DNA of 24,703 bases from a virus (taxonomy: Duplodnaviria > Caudoviricetes): the IMG/VR virus record IMGVR_UViG_3300005325_000115, positions 1 to 24,703 of that record; one strand, written 5' to 3'. Shown here piece by piece: positions 16,283 to 22,680 of this stretch. The notes beneath the pieces were generated by a model. The model saw only the letters and a list, made by a program, of their open reading frames with translations, was not told the origin of the DNA and did no database searches. The stretch's first letter is position 1. Every line of letters starts with the position of its first letter. Position numbers and translations under genes: made by a program.

Positions 16283-18132
16283 TAAAGCCAAGACCCTTCC
16301 CTTTTTCTTATCCAGCCTTCCCTTGAATGCCCTTGCTCATTAGCCTTTGGCTGATAAACTCTCGTGGCATCATCTTTACGGATATTTAAGGCACGAATGA
16401 TATCCGCGGCAGCTAAAGCGTAAACCTCAGCATCAAGAAAGTGATTTGCTGAGGCTTCTTTCTTCTTCTGCCAAACTTCTTTCGCCCGGCCGGTCGTACG
16501 GTTGCGTATCAATATCTTGTGCTCAGAAGTAAACTGAGTAAGATACTCCTCACTTGGATTTTTAAAGATGTGCCATTTAACCGGATCCCGAGAAGTAACA
16601 AGCCGGTTGATTTTGTCTTTATACTGCGTCACATTTAAATGCCACAAGACAAGGCCTCCGGGAATAACTGCACCGGTGCGCGAATTGATGTCTATTTTGT
16701 TTGCGCGGTAAAATCTGCCTCCGCTAATCTCTTCAACTCCCTTAATTGCCTTTGTCTTATCGGCCCAGTGCCGGCAAAAACGATACACCTCATCAGTCCG
16801 GAATCCTGAATCAACGCATGACATATAAATACTAAGAGTTTCATCTGAAGTTAACCTCTTGTATTCCGTCTTAAACAGGGTTTCTACCAGATCATCCCAA
16901 TATTCAACTCTTCCTGCACGGATAAGCCACGATTCCTCATAATATCCCCAGCCGCGTATTACAAAATAAAAGTGATCCTTCTGCACGTCCACGCCAGCGG
17001 TTAACACCAAAACCTCATCCGGAACAACTCCCTCATCATAGTCCCGGGCAAGGTTGCGTACTTTATCTACTGTTGTCTCCTCGATTTTCTCTTCCCAAAC
17101 TTCTGCCAGCCAGGAATTGACGAAATTCATTAGAAGCTCGATATAATCTTTTGATTTTAGAAACTCCGCCGCTATATCGCTCCAGGTAAGCCAAGGAGAA
17201 TAAAGAGAGCTTACCCAAAACCCGCGGTTTCTGCTTTTCTCTTTCTTCTCTGGGATCCATTCGCCGCTTAACATTATCTTCTGCTTCTGCGAGTCTTCTA
17301 TCTTCTTGCCGCAATAAAAGCATTCATACCAGGCCAGCCGTTCGTTTTTAATCCTCTCGGGAGAAGATTCCTCTCTCGGCCATTTGATCTGGCCGAATAA
17401 CAAAACCTGCAGCTTGCCGCAATGAGGGCAAGGGACATAAAACCGCCTTTGGTCTGATTTCTCATATTCCCTGAAGATATACCCTTCGCGCGTAGTGGGT
17501 GTTGAAACCTTAATCGTCTTCTTATTCCAAAAGGTCTTTTGCCTTTCTGAGGCAAGTTTTATCGGATCAGCCTCGCGGCCCGAGAATTTCGGATATTTAT
17601 CAACCTCATCCAAAAATAGATACCGGATAGGCCTTGACGCAAGATCAGCCGGGCTATTGGATCCAGCGAAATAAAGAATCATGCGGTCAAAGTGATATTC
17701 AAGTTTCGTGATATCATCGAGATTCTCAGGAAGATATTTATTTAATATAGGGGAAACTTCAATCATTGGACGAACTCTATTATACGAAACGCTCTTTGCA
17801 TCATCGGCCCGCGGTGAAACCATAAGCGTCGGCCCAGGATCCTGGTCAATGACATAGCCCAGCATGTTATACATTGCCTCTGTCTTGCCGACTTGAGACG
17901 CAGCCATAACCGTTATTTCATCAACGAACGGATCCGTGAACGCATCCATAATTCCTTTTAAGTAGGGCGTTCTTGTCGTTGACCATTGCCCGGGCTCTGC
18001 AGAGGTTTTGACGTCGAGCCGCCTGAATGTATCGGCCCATTCGCTCACCGTCATCTTATTCGGCAAAACCCATTCTTCCGCCGCATAAGGCAAAACAGTA
18101 TTAACTATTGCTCGGGCTATCTTTATTCTCAC
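16282..18132 (-). CDS. terL: Terminase large subunit, GpA family
   Basis: VSEWAD, TPYLKGIMD, Walker A ASQVGKTE, Walker B LFLDEVD, STPT, CPHC and nuclease AGVDVQ / NHFLDAEVYA motifs. GTG start with AGGAG RBS. Confidence 0.96.
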   Translation of the reverse strand: MRIKIARAIVNTVLPYAAEEWVLPNKMTVSEWADTFRRLDVKTSAEPGQWSTTRTPYLKGIMDAFTDPFVDEITVMAASQVGKTEAMYNMLGYVIDQDPGPTLMVSPRADDAKSVSYNRVRPMIEVSPILNKYLPENLDDITKLEYHFDRMILYFAGSNSPADLASRPIRYLFLDEVDKYPKFSGREADPIKLASERQKTFWNKKTIKVSTPTTREGYIFREYEKSDQRRFYVPCPHCGKLQVLLFGQIKWPREESSPERIKNERLAWYECFYCGKKIEDSQKQKIMLSGEWIPEKKEKSRNRGFWVSSLYSPWLTWSDIAAEFLKSKDYIELLMNFVNSWLAEVWEEKIEETTVDKVRNLARDYDEGVVPDEVLVLTAGVDVQKDHFYFVIRGWGYYEESWLIRAGRVEYWDDLVETLFKTEYKRLTSDETLSIYMSCVDSGFRTDEVYRFCRHWADKTKAIKGVEEISGGRFYRANKIDINSRTGAVIPGGLVLWHLNVTQYKDKINRLVTSRDPVKWHIFKNPSEEYLTQFTSEHKILIRNRTTGRAKEVWQKKKEASANHFLDAEVYALAAADIIRALNIRKDDATRVYQPKANEQGHSREGWIRKREGSWL

Positions 18133-18727
18133 TTTTCACTCCTGCAAACTGATTGATGATATAACGCAACTCCGCATCAAGCATCTCACAAATAACCTTT
18201 GGTTCTTGTTGATACAATTTAGGCGCAATGTATTTCGGTAATCTCAAGAAACCCGCCTTAATACCCCTAATCTGATTTTTGATTAATGAAGCGTGATCTG
18301 CGAAAGGAATAAGCTCGCCTTCTTTTTGCTTTAATTCAAGTTCGCTTAATTTGGCGCGGTTCTTGCGGTATTCGTTTTCCCAGTAATCTTTGCTTCCGTC
18401 TTCGGGATTTTGCGAAGCATAAAACCACTTGAAGACATCACTGACCTTAAAACGATAAATTTCCCCTTGTGAATCCCGGATAACCGGCAGCCCTTGCTTT
18501 ATGTAACGCCGGACCATGCGGGGTGACTTTTCTAAGAATACTGAAATTGTCCCGAGGTCAACCGTCCCGTCAAGTATATTGCTTTCTTTTCTCTGTTCGG
18601 ATCTTTCAAACTCCTCAAGCTCCTTAAGCTCCTTGGCGGACAGCGTCCCGCGCTGAAGCTTCTCAACGAGAGAAATGTAGCGTTTCTTTCGGGCGATCTC
18701 TATTAAGTTCTGGCCTTTTTCATCCAT
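18101..18727 (-). CDS. terS: Terminase small subunit (Nu1-like)
   Basis: Likely start ATG 18727 (MDEKGQ). Winged-HTH-like SPRMVRRYIKQGLP...VFKWF, then coiled coil ELELKQKEGELI. Directly upstream of terL. Confidence 0.8.
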   Translation of the reverse strand: MDEKGQNLIEIARKKRYISLVEKLQRGTLSAKELKELEEFERSEQRKESNILDGTVDLGTISVFLEKSPRMVRRYIKQGLPVIRDSQGEIYRFKVSDVFKWFYASQNPEDGSKDYWENEYRKNRAKLSELELKQKEGELIPFADHASLIKNQIRGIKAGFLRLPKYIAPKLYQQEPKVICEMLDAELRYIINQFAGVKSENKDSPSNS

Positions 18728-20027
18728 TGCTATTTTCTCTATGCGCCTTCCTTCCCGAGAATTCTTCCCACCTCTTGACAGCCACATCGCAAAAGATAGG
18801 CTCGATCTCCATTGCATAACAGCGCCTGTTCAACCGTTCAGCTGCAATGATCTGCGAACCAGACCCGCTAAACGGCTCGTAGCAGATTTCTCCGGGCGAC
18901 GTATGCACGCGCATAGGAATAGCGAATACCTCCGTAGGTTTAACTGTTGGATGATGCAACCCTGGGTTGCGTTTCTTGCCTTCCCAGTCAAGCTCCCAAA
19001 CATCCGTATGATATTCAGCTTGAGTAGGATCGCCTGAGCGCAAGAAATCAACCATCCACACGCTGCCGATAGATTTGTCTTTTGGCTTATAAGGCGGTTT
19101 TTGTCCTTTAACCCACATGAGAAGACAAGGCTCATGGCGCCAGGAGTAAAACGAATATGTTAATACCGCGCAGGGCTTAACCCATATAATCTGCTGATGA
19201 AGGAGAATCCCAAGGTTATCGCAGATTTCCTCAATCATGCCTCTTCGTTTTGAGGCATGCCAAAGATAGAGCGCAGTATTTTCTTTGATATGCTTAAGGC
19301 CCACCTCATAAAATTTCTTTATAAATTCCTTGGCATCCGGAATATCAACCTCGTGATAAACGCCGGACCAGTCATGACCGCCGGTAGGTCTGTCAGCTCC
19401 GGTGTAGTCAACGCAGTAAGGCGGATCTGTGGCAAACAAATTTGCTTTCTCGCCATTCATAAGCCGCGCCACATCATCTTCATTTGTTGAATCGCCGCAG
19501 AGAAGACGATGATTACCTAATATCCAAAGATTTCCTTTCTTGGTAATCGCCTCCTTGGGCGGTTCGGGGATGTCATCCGGAAGCGTCTTGCCGTCTCCAA
19601 GATTCTCAACTCCCATGTCGCCAACGCTGTCCCGTAAATTCTTGAGCCGAAGAGCGAGATAATCATCAGAAGCATCTTTGCGCAGTCTCTCTAAAAGTGG
19701 GATAAGCGCCTGTGTCCACTGCCCGGCAATCTCCTGGTTATTAAGCGTAACATTCATTGCCTGCTCCTGGATCTCGTCAACGTCAACCAAGATGGCAGGT
19801 GCAGTCTCAACACCCTCTGCCTGCATAATCTTATAGCGTTGATGCCCTGAAATGATATGCATGTTGCGCTTATTCACTACCAGCAAGTCTACATAGCCGA
19901 ACTTCTCCAAGCTATGCCGCAGACCCGAAAGTGCCTCATTCGTAATCTCCCGCGGATTATAAGGAGCCGGTCTTATTTGCGATAACTTTATGTCACTAAT
20001 TTCGGGCTTTATATTGATTTTTGCCAC
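18720..20027 (-). CDS. ParB-domain-fused N6/N4 DNA methyltransferase (beta class)
   Basis: N-terminal PAPYNPR...ISGHQR (ParB/Srx-like), then HRLLCGDST, catalytic DPPY, HPTVKP and SAM-binding EPFSGSGS. AAGGAGG RBS with GTG start. Confidence 0.93.
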   Translation of the reverse strand: MAKINIKPEISDIKLSQIRPAPYNPREITNEALSGLRHSLEKFGYVDLLVVNKRNMHIISGHQRYKIMQAEGVETAPAILVDVDEIQEQAMNVTLNNQEIAGQWTQALIPLLERLRKDASDDYLALRLKNLRDSVGDMGVENLGDGKTLPDDIPEPPKEAITKKGNLWILGNHRLLCGDSTNEDDVARLMNGEKANLFATDPPYCVDYTGADRPTGGHDWSGVYHEVDIPDAKEFIKKFYEVGLKHIKENTALYLWHASKRRGMIEEICDNLGILLHQQIIWVKPCAVLTYSFYSWRHEPCLLMWVKGQKPPYKPKDKSIGSVWMVDFLRSGDPTQAEYHTDVWELDWEGKKRNPGLHHPTVKPTEVFAIPMRVHTSPGEICYEPFSGSGSQIIAAERLNRRCYAMEIEPIFCDVAVKRWEEFSGRKAHRENSNG

Positions 20028-20150
20028 ACATTCCTCCTTTTTCTAACATATTGACCCATATTGAGTTAAATAAACAAAGGGACGCCCCGTTTTGCCCAAG
20101 GGGTGCCCATTTTCATTGACATTGACATCAATTTTTTAAGCCATAATCAC

Positions 20151-20203
20151 TGAAAGCCCGCGCCTCGCCCGACCCGCGCACCGACGCCCCCCTGGAAGGA
20201 CCC
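20151..20203 (-). other. Putative cos site (cosQ + cosN)
   Basis: Minus strand GGGTCCT-22 nt-GGTCGGGCGAGG-CGCGGGCTTTC parallels lambda GGGTCCT...GGGCGGCGACCT-CGCGGGTTTTC. Lies upstream of the GpA-type terminase operon. Confidence 0.7.
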
Positions 20204-20229
20204 ATAAGCTTTTTAAGCGCTTGCCAAAG

Positions 20230-20397
20230 TTATTCACAAAATTCACAACCTCTACTATTATTTTTTTAGTTATCTCTTATTAGAATATCTATTGTTAGGA
20301 TGACATCCCTGACACTACTGCTGGTGACGCTGGCGTCACCACTCCGGTGCCGTGAGCGTCACTGGTGACATCAATGTCACTACCTGCCTGTGGATAA
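20230..20397. other. Putative phage replication origin
   Basis: Four GTGAC-N6-GTCAC-type palindromes (starts 20300, 20324, 20347, 20365), an AT-rich tract at ~20250-20297, and DnaA boxes TTATTCACA (20230-20238) and TGTGGATAA (20389-20397). Confidence 0.7.
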
Positions 20398-20714
20398 CTC
20401 TGCGTCCTTGAGATGTTAAGCAGCTTATAAATGTTCGGCTTGCCCTTCTTTCTTTCAATCAAGACAGCCTTCATCTGCTCTAATTGTTTTACAGCCCGCA
20501 TGATTGTGCGCCGGGATACTCCGCAGTGATATGCCAATGTGGTAATAGACGGAAAACAATCCTGTGCCTTAAAATTAGCGTAATAACAAAGCCATGAATA
20601 TACGGCTACGGCCATAGTCCCGGCATTCTCACTGATAAGCCTTAATGCTGCCTTGTCTATCCAAAGAAAATTGCCGTCGCGCAGATCCCTGATTTCTATC
20701 TTTTCATTTCCCAT
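20295..20714 (-). CDS. HTH replication initiator-like protein (short)
   Basis: AVYSWLCYYAN...CFPSITTLAYHCGVSRRTIMRAVKQLEQ winged-HTH typical of phage initiators. The 3' part of the gene contains the iterons. Confidence 0.8.
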   Translation of the reverse strand: MGNEKIEIRDLRDGNFLWIDKAALRLISENAGTMAVAVYSWLCYYANFKAQDCFPSITTLAYHCGVSRRTIMRAVKQLEQMKAVLIERKKGKPNIYKLLNISRTQSYPQAGSDIDVTSDAHGTGVVTPASPAVVSGMSS

Positions 20715-20726
20715 GAAAAACCTGTC

Positions 20727-20846
20727 TTATTTCTTTTTGGGCTTTATTTTTTTCTTTCCGAAAGGCCGGTTAGCTTCAATCAGCTTCTGCCGGTTATACC
20801 AGCTAAGCCCTTTGTAAACTTTTTTTAAACCCTTGGTAACTTTCAT
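20727..20846 (-). CDS. 39-aa highly basic protein (not in ORF track)
   Basis: MKVTKGLKKVYKGLSWYNRQKLIEANRPFGKKKIKPKKK. ATGA-coupled to the upstream stop and fills the gap before the initiator. Confidence 0.6.
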   Translation of the reverse strand: MKVTKGLKKVYKGLSWYNRQKLIEANRPFGKKKIKPKKK

Positions 20847-21118
20847 AGCTCGTCGCTCCTTCTTATTCTTTCCACAGTAAATTTATCCTCGCCAAGTTTG
20901 CGGGTCATTAATCCGATAAATATCTGGGCGATGTATTCGCCGACTTCGCTTGAGGCATCGATAACCGCCTTGTCGTTTGTAGCCAGATATGCCGCGTGAA
21001 GTCTTACCTTGGCCTGGCCAAAGGCATATTCGGCAGTCTCAATTGCCCGGGCAATCTCTTTCTCGATTGTCTTCTTGCCTACCTTCTCGCAAAATTTAAA
21101 CTTGCACACATCGGTCAT
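20843..21118 (-). CDS. Hypothetical protein, first gene of the replication unit
   Basis: Likely start ATG 21118 (MTDVCK) with GGAGG RBS, 91 aa. Confidence 0.7.
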   Translation of the reverse strand: MTDVCKFKFCEKVGKKTIEKEIARAIETAEYAFGQAKVRLHAAYLATNDKAVIDASSEVGEYIAQIFIGLMTRKLGEDKFTVERIRRSDEL

Positions 21119-21137
21119 CTTTCTTGCCTCCACTGTA

Positions 21138-21168
21138 TGTATACCGATTTTTCTTTAAAACTGTCACA
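21138..21168 (-). promoter_or_regulatory. Bipartite motif copy 1 (TGTGACA-N15-CGGTATACA), putative phage-sigma promoter
   Basis: Lies just after the sigma stop and points at the RBS of the 91-aa gene. Same spacing as the two other copies. Confidence 0.65.
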
Positions 21169-21181
21169 CCTCTCTTAAAGA

Positions 21182-21754
21182 TTATTTCAAGTAATCCTTG
21201 AGCCCCTCCTTTTCAAAGAGCTCTCTTATCCGGGCTATCTCCCGATAAATAATCATTCTGTGTTTATCAAGCCGCTTAGAGGCCTCGCTGATGCTTAAGC
21301 CTTCTTCGCCTAAAAGAGTGCATAGTTTTTGTTGCTGCGGAGTGAGTTTTTGAAATACTCGGGAAAGTTCTATCTTGAGTTCTGATTTGGTCTGCGGCTG
21401 GATATCTTTACTTTCTGCGATTTTGTCTATTAGAGCAGGCTTATCTTCGTCGTCGCTAAGGGATCCATCCAATGATACGCTTTCGTAAATCGCTTTACGC
21501 TTATCTGCCGTGGCTTTCTCGGCAAGCTTACTAAGCATGTTTCTGACAACCTCTGCCATATAGGTCTTTTTGGAAGCGCCTCGCTTAGGATCGTAACGGT
21601 CGCGGACCTCAAGCCAGTGAATAAGGCATTCTTGCAATAAATCATCGAGCCCTTCGCGCTCCAGATATTTATGCTCTTTCCTGTAACCATTGATTACCTT
21701 CTTGGCAACTGCGATCTCCCAGCTTTCAAATAAACCTCCGTAATTGAAACTCAT
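21182..21754 (-). CDS. Sigma-70 family (ECF-like, regions 2 and 4) RNA polymerase sigma factor
   Basis: DDLLQECLIHW...RYDPKRGASKKTYM...RN (region 2), VSLD linker, and LTPQQQKL...GLSISEASKRL...IYREIARIR (region 4 HTH). Confidence 0.85.
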   Translation of the reverse strand: MSFNYGGLFESWEIAVAKKVINGYRKEHKYLEREGLDDLLQECLIHWLEVRDRYDPKRGASKKTYMAEVVRNMLSKLAEKATADKRKAIYESVSLDGSLSDDEDKPALIDKIAESKDIQPQTKSELKIELSRVFQKLTPQQQKLCTLLGEEGLSISEASKRLDKHRMIIYREIARIRELFEKEGLKDYLK

Positions 21755-21789
21755 GAGACACCTCCTTTTTTATTTCTTGAGGTGTCTCA
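21754..21789 (-). promoter_or_regulatory. Hairpin sequestering the sigma-factor RBS and start codon
   Basis: Perfect 11-bp inverted repeat tgagacacctc / gaggtgtctca with a 14-nt loop. The 3' arm on the mRNA contains GAGGTG and the A of ATG. Confidence 0.75.
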
Positions 21790-21868
21790 AATGAACCCTT
21801 ACTAACGATATGCTTTCAAAGATATGAAGTAAATCACGGAGGGCTCATAAATATTTGTGGAGATATCG

Positions 21869-22084
21869 CTATTTGCGTCTCTTCACCTTCGATAGATCAT
21901 CAATGCCGAATAATTCTCTTTGCGTGGGTTCCCTGCCCAGAATACCGGTCAAAACTTTTATAACTGCCTCGCAGAGTTTTTTATTCCGCAGCTCTCTTTC
22001 TGAAGGCGAAAGATTTTGCGCATAAACCACTTGTATCCGGTCTCCGAAACGCTTATTAAAATTACCTTTTATCCCGCGTGCCAT
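21869..22084 (-). CDS. 71-aa basic hypothetical protein
   Basis: Likely start ATG 22084 (MARGIKG) with AGGGGG RBS. The longer 148-aa version would cross the divergent promoter region. Confidence 0.65.
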   Translation of the reverse strand: MARGIKGNFNKRFGDRIQVVYAQNLSPSERELRNKKLCEAVIKVLTGILGREPTQRELFGIDDLSKVKRRK

Positions 22085-22101
22085 GATTTGCCCCCTACAT
22101 A

Positions 22102-22132
22102 TGTATATCGGTTTTTTTCTCAAACTGTCACA
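22102..22132 (-). promoter_or_regulatory. Bipartite motif copy 2 (TGTGACA-N15-CGATATACA), leftward
   Basis: Points at the 71-aa ORF and the sigma gene. Confidence 0.65.
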
Positions 22133-22137
22133 CCCCC

Positions 22138-22168
22138 TGTGACAAATTGTTAAAAAAACCGATATACA
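22138..22168 (+). promoter_or_regulatory. Bipartite motif copy 3 (TGTGACA-N15-CGATATACA), rightward
   Basis: Back-to-back with copy 2, 5 bp apart. Points at the Rho-N-like gene and the recombinase. Confidence 0.65.
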
Positions 22169-22255
22169 CATATAGAGGCATTGATTCCTCTTGACTTGTA
22201 GGGGTTTTGTTATAGGGTTGGGGTGTCCAAAAAACTGAAAGGGGGTGACTACCAC

Positions 22256-22600
22256 ATGACTGCAGAGCAGAAAAAGAAAAACAAAGAGTTTTTGAATAAA
22301 CTTCATGCCAAGCATTACGGCAAAAAGAAATCAAAAACTCAAAAGCCGAAAGCTCCGGCTGATAATTCTCCTTCGCCTAAGGAAGGCATTGTCTTGGCGG
22401 CAGGCAGCACGCGCAACGAGCTAATGCTGACGGCTAAACAGCGCGGAGTTAAGAATTTCCGGGTGCTTAATAAGCAGGAGCTCGCCGACGTACTCAAGAA
22501 CATCGGCGATCAAAAGGCTGTTGATGCTATTGTGGCCGGGGCCGTGACCAGATGGAAGGCCGGCTGGGGAAAAGGCAAAAAGCAGAAGACCCAGGCATAG
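22256..22600 (+). CDS. Basic protein with Rho N-terminal-like (helix-extended-helix) domain
   Basis: ATG 22256 with GGGGGTG RBS, 114 aa. TRNELMLTAKQRGVKNFRVLNKQELADVL matches the Rho_N pattern ELxxxAKxxGxxxxxxLxKxEL. Confidence 0.7.
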   Translation: MTAEQKKKNKEFLNKLHAKHYGKKKSKTQKPKAPADNSPSPKEGIVLAAGSTRNELMLTAKQRGVKNFRVLNKQELADVLKNIGDQKAVDAIVAGAVTRWKAGWGKGKKQKTQA

Positions 22601-22613
22601 CTGCTTTAGCGCT

Positions 22614-22642
22614 GCCAGGCGGAAGACGCTCTTCTGCCTGGC
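22614..22642 (+). other. Strong stem-loop between the Rho-N-like gene and the recombinase
   Basis: gccaggcggaaga-cgc-tcttctgcctggc, 13 bp with one G-U on the plus-strand RNA. No U-tract. Confidence 0.55.
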
Positions 22643-22680
22643 GGATGCCTGCACTCAAAAGTGGTAGAAATTCTATGATT

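Noticed and set aside
152-19490. Numerous plus-strand ORFs (e.g. 870-1163, 7783-8190, 8271-8528, 11534-11905, 13893-14234) and nested alternate-frame minus ORFs
   Set aside because: Shadows of well-supported minus-strand phage genes, with no recognisable motifs.
18720-20027. Restriction-modification or other defence system
   Set aside because: No endonuclease or specificity subunit nearby. The position is typical of a solitary phage MTase.
20300-20380. CRP sites (TGTGA-N6-TCACA) in the palindromes
   Set aside because: Half-site spacing is GTGA-N8-TCAC, and clustering inside the initiator gene fits iterons better.
22085-22680. Long N-terminal extensions of the 148-aa ORF (to 22315) and of the integrase (from 22552)
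   Set aside because: They cross promoter motifs, hairpins and a neighbouring gene, and better-placed starts exist downstream.
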